A stretch of 64,000 bases of DNA from a virus. The position numbers and the translations under genes are program-made. The notes beneath the pieces were generated by a model. The model did no database searches, was not told where the DNA came from, and worked only from the letters and a program-made list of their open reading frames with translations. The DNA is taken from IMG/VR virus record IMGVR_UViG_3300031415_000001. The stretch is one strand, 5' to 3'. Below, in pieces: positions 53,679-63,670 of this stretch (the first letter of the stretch is position 1; each line of letters starts with the position of its first letter).

Positions 53679-53687
53679 GTATACTAC

Positions 53688-56384
53688 TTACGCAGCTTGC
53701 ATGGCTTCTTCAATTATGGAGAATACTTCCTCTTCCGTGGCTCCATTTGGCAAGGTAATTTCATTACCCCAATCTGGATAGAAGATTCCGAACTCACCAC
53801 CCAGCTTAACTTCGTCGTGACAAATGTCAGGATGATCCTGCCATTGCACGGCTTTCACCAGATGTTCATTGGCAAACATCAGAGCATCAATGTCGTCACG
53901 CACAAGCATGTACTGAGCATCGTGAATGTGAGCACATGGACGAATGTCCAGCCTGTGCTTACTTTCTCTGACCTTACCCATGAACTCGGCTGAAGCACGG
54001 GAGTTAAGTAAACACCATGACTGACCCAGAGCATTGCCCGCTGTACGGCCTTCTGCTTCTGCTTCATATGGTGTCTTACTGGTTCCACGGATAACCTGTT
54101 TCAGCAGCGGAGTTCTTACCCGCAGGCCGAAAGCAGCCGTGATGTAACCGTCTTTGGATGCTTGATCAAGTTTGGAATTAACCCAATCAATACTGGTGGA
54201 ATAGAGAACTTTAAAGCGATCCTCAACCAGCATGGCTTTCTCTTTGGCAAAACCACAGTTCTTCATCAGAGTGTGGTGTGTACCCTGATACGTCAGAGCA
54301 AAGGTTGGAGCCTTACTGTCCTGACGGAACAACGGATACTTACTCTCAATGGAGTTAATAGACGCCACAGAGTCTGGATCAATATCCGGCATGTTCTCAC
54401 CGAAGTAAGCATGAGCACGTAGACAGTGACCGTCATAGCCGTCGGTGTATACCTTCAGCTTGTTTGGATCCTTGGTCGTCAGTGCAGAGATACGATCCTC
54501 TAATGAAGCAAAGTCCAAGCCACAGAACATCCAGCCCGGTGGGGCTTGGAAGCAGTACTTGATGATTTTGCCGAGTGATAACTTCCCTTTCTTCACAAAT
54601 GCATTGAGCATTGGGAAGCGTGCCAGTATTGCAGCGTTGATCATCATTGTTGCGTTTGCTGGCAGGTTTTGCAGGTTCGGATCAGAAGAACTTAATCGGC
54701 CCGAAACTGTGCCACCAAGGTTGAAGTTACCAAAGAGATAGTGCCAGCCATCCGGCCCCAGTCCTGCATTTTTCATTGCAGGTATGAAGCTGGTCAGGAT
54801 TTTGTTTACTGCACCGTAATCCTGTAATGCTTGCAGGAACTCCAGTATGTCGGGATCCTTCGTGTGGTTCAGCAATGCCGTAATGGTGTCGCCATCTGTG
54901 CTTGGTTGCTTGCTGTCAGTTAAACTGATAACAGGCATCTCTAGCACGTTAAACAGCAGATCCTGCAATTGCAGATTACTGTTCGGATTAAAAGTAACGG
55001 CTTCAACCACTTTGGGATTAGTCGAGTTTAATACCTCGTCTATCGTGGTTCGCTTGGTCTTCCATTTCTCGTGCATCTTTTCGATATAGCGTTCCACCAT
55101 TCGATAGCTGTACGACTGGATGATCTTCGAATCACGCATTCGCTTCAGAGAGAGATCACAGATAGCCTGTAACACCTCTTCCACTTCCAGAACCCGATGC
55201 ATATTCAGAGGCATACCTGTCAACTGCATCTGGATAATATCCAGAGTAGCTGGCTTGAATAGCGTCTCATAAATGCTGTACTGGTTATCGGCTACCATCG
55301 TGTCATAGTGCTTTTCAGCGACATACCACGTCGCCAGACCATCCACGAGGTTATAGGTCAGGAGTTTGTCGAGAGGAATCTTGGTAATATCCTTAATCTC
55401 GTCCTGAGCATAGTTGCCGGTAAATTCCTGCGATTGGTCTTTCAGACCCAGCTTGTTACCTGCACAACTGTTGGTGGCAAGATAACTGATCAGTTTGGTA
55501 TCTTCCCAATTTTTCAGGAGGATATTCATCCCGTTCAGCAAGCCTTCTGTGTCCAGAATATCCGTCATATATAACTGATAAATCAGTACATATGCGTCAT
55601 AAGCAATATTGTGATATATCGCTTTCTGGATCAGTTGTTCGAAGAAAGCACGAAGCATTCTTCTCACTGGCTCATTACGGACGTTACGCCCATAGTGCTT
55701 GCCTTCTTTTTCGTCGATCCACTCTTCCTCGTGATAATCCACAGGGAAGGCTATGCCTTCATGCTTGTTCCAGCAAAAGGTGATCGTACCGATACCGGCT
55801 GTGTGATGTTTGAGGCTAAACGCTTCAATATCCACAGTCAGTGGCACATTCATCTCCAGCAGCTTGACCAGCCATCCTTCAATTTCATGAAGCTGACGTG
55901 GATAAGCAGCGAAGTGAATAATGTCTGTGCCGGGTTGTTCATACTCACCCTGAGCATGAGCAACAAGGGCATTCATACCCTGAGCAATCTTAGCTTTAAC
56001 CTTGTCTGGATCGTAGAACACTGCACGATAGTTCGGGACATAAATGACCTTTACACCGTATTCAGAGTCCATGACATAACCAAGATTAGCTTCAACTTTT
56101 GCAGCCTTAGTCAGAGCTTTGAAATAGTCGGAGTCGGCACACAGGACATATTGAACACCCTGTTCCTTCCAGATAGGCACCAGTTCTTCAACGATATACT
56201 GACGCATCTCACCCATCGGGGTTTTCTTTTTCCCCTCTGCTTGGTGAAGCGTAAGCACCAGTACATCATCAGGAGTGATGCCATAATCTGTGAAGTAATG
56301 ACGAGCAATTTCATCCTTACGGATGGATGGAACCAAGAGGCAAACAGGGTATGTTTCCTGTTCGCTATAAACGAGATAGTTCAT
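53688..56384 (-). CDS. family A DNA polymerase with 3'-5' exonuclease domain (N4 gp39-like)
   Basis: Exo I VDIEAF, Pol motif A DFASLEDRI, motif B RQDSKAPTFALTYQG, motif C HIHDAQ. 898 aa. Confidence 0.92.
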   Translation of the reverse strand: MNYLVYSEQETYPVCLLVPSIRKDEIARHYFTDYGITPDDVLVLTLHQAEGKKKTPMGEMRQYIVEELVPIWKEQGVQYVLCADSDYFKALTKAAKVEANLGYVMDSEYGVKVIYVPNYRAVFYDPDKVKAKIAQGMNALVAHAQGEYEQPGTDIIHFAAYPRQLHEIEGWLVKLLEMNVPLTVDIEAFSLKHHTAGIGTITFCWNKHEGIAFPVDYHEEEWIDEKEGKHYGRNVRNEPVRRMLRAFFEQLIQKAIYHNIAYDAYVLIYQLYMTDILDTEGLLNGMNILLKNWEDTKLISYLATNSCAGNKLGLKDQSQEFTGNYAQDEIKDITKIPLDKLLTYNLVDGLATWYVAEKHYDTMVADNQYSIYETLFKPATLDIIQMQLTGMPLNMHRVLEVEEVLQAICDLSLKRMRDSKIIQSYSYRMVERYIEKMHEKWKTKRTTIDEVLNSTNPKVVEAVTFNPNSNLQLQDLLFNVLEMPVISLTDSKQPSTDGDTITALLNHTKDPDILEFLQALQDYGAVNKILTSFIPAMKNAGLGPDGWHYLFGNFNLGGTVSGRLSSSDPNLQNLPANATMMINAAILARFPMLNAFVKKGKLSLGKIIKYCFQAPPGWMFCGLDFASLEDRISALTTKDPNKLKVYTDGYDGHCLRAHAYFGENMPDIDPDSVASINSIESKYPLFRQDSKAPTFALTYQGTHHTLMKNCGFAKEKAMLVEDRFKVLYSTSIDWVNSKLDQASKDGYITAAFGLRVRTPLLKQVIRGTSKTPYEAEAEGRTAGNALGQSWCLLNSRASAEFMGKVRESKHRLDIRPCAHIHDAQYMLVRDDIDALMFANEHLVKAVQWQDHPDICHDEVKLGGEFGIFYPDWGNEITLPNGATEEEVFSIIEEAMQAA

Positions 56385-56398
56385 TGTTTTTCCTTGGC

Positions 56399-56899
56399 TC
56401 AGTACAGGATTCCACTAACTGTGTAGAACTGCATTTTTGGCAGCATTTTAGTGTATTGACGCATCAGACGGGGGTCATGCTCAATGAGCAATTCCACAGG
56501 ATCTTGTCGTGGGACTTTATCTAACTGGGGAACCAGAGAGACAATGCAATCAGGTAACACATCACGCAGTTGCTGTTCAGACTGTGCAACGCTCATCAGC
56601 TTATAAAGCGTCTGGCGTATCTGCTGGCAGTCCAGCATCACAGCAGCTTCATCCTTTAGATGGGCAGACATGGCATCATTTAAATCCCATGCCAGCATAG
56701 GCAAACGCTCAATCGTCTTAGTCTTGCTATGACGAAAGTACACGCCGTTGTACATGAAGCCAGTCCGGGCATCGTTAGTGATCTCCTGATGCTGCTCAAC
56801 CAGTCGATCAATACCATTCTGTAACCGGCGTTTTTCTGCCTGAAAGAGTTTTTCAATGATCTCCGTGATTGCTTTAAAAAGTGAGTTATCACTGTTCAA
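56399..56899 (-). CDS. hypothetical protein (TTG start)
   Basis: GGAGG 5 nt upstream of the TTG at 56899. There is no in-frame ATG until residue ~49. Overlaps the helicase stop. Confidence 0.6.
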   Translation of the reverse strand: MNSDNSLFKAITEIIEKLFQAEKRRLQNGIDRLVEQHQEITNDARTGFMYNGVYFRHSKTKTIERLPMLAWDLNDAMSAHLKDEAAVMLDCQQIRQTLYKLMSVAQSEQQLRDVLPDCIVSLVPQLDKVPRQDPVELLIEHDPRLMRQYTKMLPKMQFYTVSGILY

Positions 56900-58193
56900 T
56901 TAAGCCTCCGAATTTCGGTGCCAGCTTACCGAACAACACGACACGGTTACGAGCACGAGAAAATGCCACGTACATAAGACGTGATGCCAAAGCTGGGTTA
57001 CGACAGGTGGATAGGTTGGTCAGATCGATGTACGTGGTGTCATAGGATGAACCCTGTGACTTATGCACGGTACACGCATCACGTTGCCTCAGATCGGGAT
57101 AGGTGTTCTTCAGATGGAAGTAGGCTACCCAGTTCTTACGGTTACGGTAATAATCTGATAACGCATTGTAGTGGTCACGATCCACTGGCAATGGTACGCC
57201 GGAGAATACACCACCCAGACGGGTTTCTAAATCAGCACGAGCAACAACTAACTCAGCACCGTCAGCCATTTTAATGACTTCGGTTTGCTCAGAGCGAGCG
57301 ATGATCTCGACTTCCTGCTCAACAGACAAACCAGATTTACCAATGCGTACAGCACTGTTGTTAATGACATGCTCACCGACAATGAAATCGTCTGGCAGGT
57401 TACGCAAATTACGGATGTAATCATTGTATTGAAGTACCCGGCTGTTGGTGTAAGCAAGGATGCGAGCATTAACTTCAGGATCAATAAAGACCTGATCAAT
57501 CTCTTCCAATGCTTCATCATCATTGAGCAAGTCAATTACACCCGGCACAATCTGAATAGGCTTGAACTCGCCAGTTGCTACGGTTTCCCGTAACTGTTGG
57601 TTAACGTCCAACAACGCCTGCTTATCTGTTCTCATTGGTTCAGTGAGTTCAAACATTTTCAGATTGTCACGATAAATTGGTGACAATGTTTCCATCACTG
57701 GAGCCAACTGAGAATGATCACCCACATACACAATTTTGCAGTTGAAAGTGCCTTCATGCAGCATATTGCGAAGGGGGCTGTCGATCATCGAACACTCATC
57801 AATGAAGATGATCATGTTCTGATGAACACGCCAGTTACCATTTTTCGACAGAGTAGTGCGACCAGTTCTATAATCATCCTGAACTTTTAAGTTTAGGAAA
57901 CTATGGATGGTGATTGCTTCACGACCGGTTGCCAGAGATAAAACCTCAGCAGCCTTATTGGTAGTTGCGCACATTACCACTTGGTTATACTGGACAGGGA
58001 TGCCCAGCATTTTGCACATTTCAAAGTAGCGAGGCATGATCTGGTCAATCATGTAGCCCATAGTGAACGTTTTACCCACGCCACCAGCACCAGAGATAAT
58101 GATCTCATTTTCCTCGCCCAACAGGAACTCAAAGAAGCCATCGGATGCGGCCCGTTGACCCGCATTCAGCACGATGTCTAAATTCTTAACCAT
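56889..58193 (-). CDS. SF1 (RecD/Dda-like) DNA helicase
   Basis: Start trimmed to MVKNLDIV (GGAG upstream, after a terminator). Walker A GAGGVGKT, IFIDECSM, VHKSQGSS. Confidence 0.88.
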   Translation of the reverse strand: MVKNLDIVLNAGQRAASDGFFEFLLGEENEIIISGAGGVGKTFTMGYMIDQIMPRYFEMCKMLGIPVQYNQVVMCATTNKAAEVLSLATGREAITIHSFLNLKVQDDYRTGRTTLSKNGNWRVHQNMIIFIDECSMIDSPLRNMLHEGTFNCKIVYVGDHSQLAPVMETLSPIYRDNLKMFELTEPMRTDKQALLDVNQQLRETVATGEFKPIQIVPGVIDLLNDDEALEEIDQVFIDPEVNARILAYTNSRVLQYNDYIRNLRNLPDDFIVGEHVINNSAVRIGKSGLSVEQEVEIIARSEQTEVIKMADGAELVVARADLETRLGGVFSGVPLPVDRDHYNALSDYYRNRKNWVAYFHLKNTYPDLRQRDACTVHKSQGSSYDTTYIDLTNLSTCRNPALASRLMYVAFSRARNRVVLFGKLAPKFGGLIEQ

Positions 58194-58203
58194 CGGTTTC
58201 TCC

Positions 58204-58232
58204 AAAAGTAAAAAGCCTTCCGAAGAAGGCTT
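58204..58232 (-). terminator. intrinsic terminator between the MazG-like and helicase genes
   Basis: AAGCCTTC-CGAA-GAAGGCTT followed on the minus strand by TTTTTACTTTT. Confidence 0.75.
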
Positions 58233-58241
58233 CACGAGGAA

Positions 58242-58709
58242 TTAAAGGAACTTTTTAAGATCCGGTTTGAAGTAATCCGGGCCTTTCATGATCTTCCGAT
58301 CTTCATTGAAGACGGGTTCGCCATCAACGAACTTGGAGAAGTTTGAGGCATTCACCTCAATCATGGCTCCGTGGATTTGATAACCCAGCATGTGTGCTGT
58401 ACCAACAGCAGTGACGATCTGATCACAGAGTGCATCCAGCATTTCTGTTCTATCTGGAACGGTATATTTCAATCGTTCATCAGACTTCTTCAGATGGTCA
58501 GCCAGATTACTTAAATAATCAGCGGCCTGACTGATAAGAACATCAGTCGTATGGTCTGTGCCTTTCATGGCTTGCAGCATTTCCACCACTTCTTCGAAGT
58601 GGACTCCGGTCTGCACATTGACGTTTTTAGTCGCCGGTACAGGTACGGCTTTCTGAAACCATAACTGCGTATCGAATAAAGGGTTTGGCATCTTACGGAT
58701 TCCGCTCAT
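58242..58709 (-). CDS. MazG-like all-alpha NTP pyrophosphohydrolase
   Basis: ...FEEVVEMLQA...EMLDALCDQIVTAVG...EVNASNFSKF...KGPDYFKPDL has the typical MazG/HisE-like pattern. An alternative start is at 58691. Confidence 0.7.
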   Translation of the reverse strand: MSGIRKMPNPLFDTQLWFQKAVPVPATKNVNVQTGVHFEEVVEMLQAMKGTDHTTDVLISQAADYLSNLADHLKKSDERLKYTVPDRTEMLDALCDQIVTAVGTAHMLGYQIHGAMIEVNASNFSKFVDGEPVFNEDRKIMKGPDYFKPDLKKFL

Positions 58710-58998
58710 GGTATGCCTTGACGATCAACTGTCGAACATACTCTTTAATGTTAAGGTGAGGGCCAAGCTGGTCAGCCAGCCACTCCTGATTTGGTTCACT
58801 CAGAGTTTTAAACACGTCTTCCATAAAGGCACGACGAGTATCAGCAGGGTCAATTCCCAGTGAACGAAGACGCAGGGTGATTGTGGTTGGATTAACACCC
58901 AACAGCTTTGCAACAGTGGCAAGAGACAGACCAACACTATTCAAGCGAACAATGTCTGCATCTTCAGCCTTTCGATTAGAACGATATACGCTGGACAT
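58693..58998 (-). CDS. small HTH DNA-binding protein
   Basis: Start trimmed to MSSVYRSN (GGGAG upstream). IVRLNSVGLSLATVAKLLGVNPTTI is a helix-turn-helix. Confidence 0.6.
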   Translation of the reverse strand: MSSVYRSNRKAEDADIVRLNSVGLSLATVAKLLGVNPTTITLRLRSLGIDPADTRRAFMEDVFKTLSEPNQEWLADQLGPHLNIKEYVRQLIVKAYHERNP

Positions 58999-59064
58999 GT
59001 TTATAACTCCCATAAAAAATACCTCTAATCCTATACGGATTAGAGGTATTATGGAAGTCACCGA

Positions 59065-60951
59065 TTACTTGGTGTTCTGCTCGATATCAGCCTGCTCCGA
59101 TGGAGTCACGCCCAGTGCAGCCCAACCTTTCTTCGCTTTCTTCTTCAACAGCAGAATTGCTTCATACTGTGCTTTGCTCAGTGGAGCCTGATCCAGCAGT
59201 TCACGGATCAGAGTTGCTGGTGAACCAGACTTGGCACGACCAGACTCTTTACGCTTTTCTGCTTTCTTCTGAGCTTCCAGCATTGCTTCTGCTTTCGGGT
59301 TACTCTGCTTACGCAGCGATCCCATAACGAAGTTAACTTCGTCAGTGGTAAAGCCCAGCTTGTCCCAGCCTTTCTTGGCTCCTGATTTCATAGCCAGAAT
59401 TTTCTGTGCCAGATCATGAGCCACGTCAGATGTTTGAGCATCTTTCAGGCCGTTAAACATTGCCAGCATTGCACCAGACTTGGTGTATACCTTAGCAGTA
59501 GCTTTTGCCTTCACAGGCTTGGCTTTCTTGGCCTTAGCCTTCTTACCTACTTTGACCACAGGAATTTCCTTCTGCTTTGGTTCCACCAGATCGGTGACTT
59601 TTACCGGATCGGCAACAGGGACGCTTAATTCATCGACCTTGTTCTCTTCCAGCGTTTGAGCTTCACCCGCAGCGATGATCGCTTTCTCAATAGTCGGCTC
59701 TGCCACTTTGGTATAAGTGACATTGCTGCCCTTATGACCACCAACTTCGACGTGTTCAATCACGTTGATGTGATTTCCACGCAGAATGTCGTGCAGCAGT
59801 TTTGCACCTTCCGGCACAGACGAGATAGATCCACCACTGTTAACCAGATTACGCAGCTTGTCCGACAGTACTGCGAGAATGTGATAACCACACACACGCA
59901 TCTTGTTGACGCTGTATTCCGGTACAGCAAACACGTCTTCTGGACGCACTTTAGCAACCACTGTCACACCACCAGAGAATGAACTCAGGTAGGACAGTGA
60001 CGCCACATGCAGACCATTAGAACAGTCCTGACGGCGGTTTGGATCGACCAGACCCGGACGCATGAAGACATACGAACCGACTTTCTGACGAATGTTCCCG
60101 CTATGCACATCGACGTAAATGCCAGCAGCACTGTCACGGGTATTGAGACGCTTGTAGATGACGATACAGCCATCATCAGCAATCGGCAGATCGCCTTTCT
60201 CAATGAACTTCATCAGGTCTTCGACAGAGTGACCACGGTCATTAACGACCAGTTCCAGACGCTTCACGAAGTTGGTGTACCCCGCATAGTTCTGGAGCTT
60301 GGCAAACTGACGAAGCTGGTGGCCCATCTTGTGAGCGTCCGGCAGCACAGAACCAGTTGAGGTATTCACCGCAACAATGGTTTCTTTGCTCTCGTCCAGT
60401 GGTGTATGGAATGCCACGTCAGCAGTGGTAGAAGCACCATTGCCCATTAGCATATCCATACGTTCACGGGCAGCATCAACCTTCTGATCGTTGGTCAGTT
60501 CTACTGGCATTTCTGGCAGTGGATCAACGACCGGAGCGGTTGGAACAACTGGAGCCACAGGAATAACAGGTTCAGGCTCAGGGAGTTTATCCCCCGGCTT
60601 CACACCGATTTCCAGTGGCGATACGTGAGCAGCTTCAACCGGAACTTCGGTAGGCGACTCAGTATTGATCAGCTTGTTGATTACCGATTTGGCAACACGG
60701 AAGAACTTGACCAGCCCCTTCGTACCTTTTTCGGCTGCTTCGTACTCTTGACGAACAGCCACAATCGGAGTTATATCAACAACCGCAGTTTTACTGCCTG
60801 ACCCCAGTTTCTGCTCTTTGGCCTGCTTCACCACTTCAGGGAGACGGGCATCCCCCTGTTGTAGCTTCACAGTGGAGCCATCTTCTTTGTAGAGGATGGC
60901 CCACTTGCTATCAATGGACAGTGCCACGATAGTAATCAGTGTTTTATTCAT
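59065..60951 (-). CDS. rIIB: rIIB-like protein
   Basis: 628 aa, translationally coupled (ATGA) to the rIIA-like gene as in N4 gp33/gp34. Lys-rich C-terminus with two KKGW-x-x-LG-x-T repeats. Confidence 0.6.
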   Translation of the reverse strand: MNKTLITIVALSIDSKWAILYKEDGSTVKLQQGDARLPEVVKQAKEQKLGSGSKTAVVDITPIVAVRQEYEAAEKGTKGLVKFFRVAKSVINKLINTESPTEVPVEAAHVSPLEIGVKPGDKLPEPEPVIPVAPVVPTAPVVDPLPEMPVELTNDQKVDAARERMDMLMGNGASTTADVAFHTPLDESKETIVAVNTSTGSVLPDAHKMGHQLRQFAKLQNYAGYTNFVKRLELVVNDRGHSVEDLMKFIEKGDLPIADDGCIVIYKRLNTRDSAAGIYVDVHSGNIRQKVGSYVFMRPGLVDPNRRQDCSNGLHVASLSYLSSFSGGVTVVAKVRPEDVFAVPEYSVNKMRVCGYHILAVLSDKLRNLVNSGGSISSVPEGAKLLHDILRGNHINVIEHVEVGGHKGSNVTYTKVAEPTIEKAIIAAGEAQTLEENKVDELSVPVADPVKVTDLVEPKQKEIPVVKVGKKAKAKKAKPVKAKATAKVYTKSGAMLAMFNGLKDAQTSDVAHDLAQKILAMKSGAKKGWDKLGFTTDEVNFVMGSLRKQSNPKAEAMLEAQKKAEKRKESGRAKSGSPATLIRELLDQAPLSKAQYEAILLLKKKAKKGWAALGVTPSEQADIEQNTK

Positions 60952-63428
60952 GACTTGGTTCCGTTTTTAATCGCGATAAGAACGAGTTTTTTAATCGGTG
61001 ACGCCAACTCAGGATTCTGCTTGATCTGATCCAGCAGGTCATGTTCGTTGAAACGCCGTAAGATTGGATCCACATTCCAGACAGCCAGACGTGACAGGAA
61101 CGGAAGTTTATCGCTTAAAGAATAAGCATCTACTTCACGGTACAGATCCTTGTCAGCTTCTGTCCAGTCATCGCCTAACTTATTGCACATGCTGTAAGCA
61201 GAATATGCATCCAGAATGTTAACTAATGACTCCAGATTAGGGTCATAACGCAGTTTATCCAACCCCGGAAGAGATACACCCAGTAACTTCATTATCTTGA
61301 TGGATTTACCTACATTTGGGAGTTTTTCCAGTCCCTTGCGTCGTTCCATACGCAGATACTTTTTGAATGCTGGATCAGCAATTGCTGTCATGAACTTACG
61401 AGCCAGAATAGGAACGTAAGGCTTTGCCCCACGGTTCTTAGCCATGTTCAGTTCTGTGCCATTACGCACAACAACAATGCCGTCTTTCTCTTCATCCGTC
61501 AGCAGAGCATACGGGAAGACACCACCAATGTTGCTGCCCAGTTCATTACTGCGAATATAGCCAATAGGCTTATCACAGGTCAGATCTGACTTATGACGTT
61601 CGATAGTTGCCGAACTCATGGACAGGTTGTTTTTCCCGTTGAAGAAACCACGCAGAGTGATTAAGAGATTTTTCTTCTGCTTCTTCACGACAGGGGCTTT
61701 ATTACTGGCAGCAGCAGCCGCAGCAGCTTGTTTTGCCTTTTTATCAGCAATACGCTGTTGTGCGTCTTTATCCCAGTCAAAGTTTGTCGTCAGATCGATA
61801 ACTGTAAAACCAGCATCACGGAATGCCTTGAAAGCCAGATCAGACTTTTCATTCTGATTCAGCTTGTACACCCAGACAGTATCGCGTTTATCAACAGAAG
61901 GGCAGTCAGTGATTGCTCCTTTTACCGTACTGGTACGGGTAGTCAGGAATATGACTTTGTTCTGCATCAGGTCACGCAATCCGTTTGGAGTTTCCGGCAG
62001 GTGTTCCACAAAGCCTTTCTTACGCAGATAACGGTCATAGCTACCACTGTCACTCATCATCAGTCGTTTGATTGACAGATCAGAATGCTTCGCAAAGATT
62101 TTGCTCAGAGGTTTTAGCACTATTTCACGTTGCAGACGGAAAGTGATCATCTTCAGCTTGTGTCTTTGGTTCCAGCTATCGCTAATATCGTGCATATTCT
62201 TACGATATTTACGCAATGCCTTGTTCTGCTTTGGATTTCCAAAACCAAATGCACGCATATAGCCAGCACGTTCTGCATTGATCATACGTTGCAGTTGTTT
62301 CGTTCTTACCTGTAAGCACAGACCAGAATTGAAATATTTACGCAACGACTGAGGCCAGATCATTCCCCAGAAGTCCAGACGCTGATAATGGCTGTAGTTG
62401 TCTACAGGCAAGCCAGCAGCCAGTTTATTTTCCAGATTGTTGAGAGCACCCGGAATCATTGCCTGCAAGTCACGCTCAATACATTTGACCAGTTCGGTAC
62501 AGATGTTAACGATACCGTCTTCAGTCATTTTCTGGCTCGACAAAGCCTCACGGTTTGGTGTCAATGCCAGTGTGCTTGGTTCAGCCTGAACCACAATGCG
62601 ATGAAACTGAGCCATGTCACAGAAGTCTTCCAGCAGTTCCACAGCTTTCTGTGTTGCCGGGGTTCTGAGAATGGGATAGACCACAGCACCGTAACGAATA
62701 AAGACCTGATGATCCCCCATGTAACGATACCACCAGCGGTTTTCTGGACTCTCAATGATGTAAGAGCCAGTAACAGCAGGCAGGTTCATGATGGGCATTT
62801 CAAAGGCTTCACCTTCTTCATTGACCATTTCTGCTTTCATATCGCCATGTTTCACAATGGCGTAGCAGTAATCCCGGATCTCCTGAGCATCAGAAGGTTC
62901 GATTTCAATGATAACGGACAGCCCCGTTTCAGTGGTTGGAATGTCCAGCACCGTAGAAATACCGGGCAGGCCATTAGTTTCAGCACTGGATCGAGACAGG
63001 TTGTAAATGACTTTACGCCCTTCACAGCAGTTGATGACACGGAAGGTTTCGACCAGAGCGAATGGGGATTTACATCCCAGTCCAAAGCCACCAGTGGTTG
63101 CCTTGTCATTCTTTTTGGTTGAAGCACCGTATGTGCCATAAACCTTGCCGATCATGGCATGAGGAATACCTACACCGAAGTCACGAATGATCAGTTCATT
63201 GTTGTTGGTGAACTCGATCTGAATAGCTTTATCAGTAATGCCGGACTCGATGTGTGAGTCCCATGCATTACAGAGAGTTTCACGCACTACAGCCAGTTTC
63301 TGGTTGGAGTACAGGTTGGAAGACAGCATCTGAAAGAAGGACGCATCCTGAACCATCTCAAAAGCGATGGTCTTGGTTGCGCCTAATGTTGCAGATACTG
63401 CCTGTTGAGTACTGTTTGATACTTCCAT
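60948..63428 (-). CDS. rIIA: rIIA-like protein with an N-terminal GHKL ATPase domain
   Basis: Start trimmed to MEVSNSTQQ (GAGG upstream). N-box LCNAWDS, G1 IRDFGVGI, G2 TGGFGLGCKS. Confidence 0.78.
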   Translation of the reverse strand: MEVSNSTQQAVSATLGATKTIAFEMVQDASFFQMLSSNLYSNQKLAVVRETLCNAWDSHIESGITDKAIQIEFTNNNELIIRDFGVGIPHAMIGKVYGTYGASTKKNDKATTGGFGLGCKSPFALVETFRVINCCEGRKVIYNLSRSSAETNGLPGISTVLDIPTTETGLSVIIEIEPSDAQEIRDYCYAIVKHGDMKAEMVNEEGEAFEMPIMNLPAVTGSYIIESPENRWWYRYMGDHQVFIRYGAVVYPILRTPATQKAVELLEDFCDMAQFHRIVVQAEPSTLALTPNREALSSQKMTEDGIVNICTELVKCIERDLQAMIPGALNNLENKLAAGLPVDNYSHYQRLDFWGMIWPQSLRKYFNSGLCLQVRTKQLQRMINAERAGYMRAFGFGNPKQNKALRKYRKNMHDISDSWNQRHKLKMITFRLQREIVLKPLSKIFAKHSDLSIKRLMMSDSGSYDRYLRKKGFVEHLPETPNGLRDLMQNKVIFLTTRTSTVKGAITDCPSVDKRDTVWVYKLNQNEKSDLAFKAFRDAGFTVIDLTTNFDWDKDAQQRIADKKAKQAAAAAAASNKAPVVKKQKKNLLITLRGFFNGKNNLSMSSATIERHKSDLTCDKPIGYIRSNELGSNIGGVFPYALLTDEEKDGIVVVRNGTELNMAKNRGAKPYVPILARKFMTAIADPAFKKYLRMERRKGLEKLPNVGKSIKIMKLLGVSLPGLDKLRYDPNLESLVNILDAYSAYSMCNKLGDDWTEADKDLYREVDAYSLSDKLPFLSRLAVWNVDPILRRFNEHDLLDQIKQNPELASPIKKLVLIAIKNGTKS

Positions 63429-63552
63429 TATTACCTCGGATGTTTGGGTAAGGGTTGATGAGTGTTTATCGTGGGGCAGCAGCCCTCGTGTGATTAACCG
63501 GGCCACGGTCAGTCATAGAGGTTTGGCCCTACTACCCCTCGATAAAGACTCA

Positions 63553-63581
63553 ATAAAAAAGGCCCAACATCCAGTTGGGCC
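63553..63581 (-). terminator. intrinsic terminator upstream of the rIIA-like gene
   Basis: GGCCCAAC-ATCCA-GTTGGGCC followed on the minus strand by TTTTTTATT. Confidence 0.8.
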
Positions 63582-63670
63582 AAAGACTACACACAGCAAA
63601 AAGGTGGGGTGACTTGTTTTGTCAGGTGAAAGCTGACTACCCGAAGGTTTTAAACAAGCCCCCCTGTTTG

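Noticed and set aside
53688-56384. Checked the large replication and packaging genes (DNA polymerase, terminase, primase, helicase) for inteins or introns.
   Set aside because: Catalytic motifs are contiguous, the lengths match N4-like orthologs, and there are no Cys/Ser...HN intein blocks or in-gene non-coding gaps.
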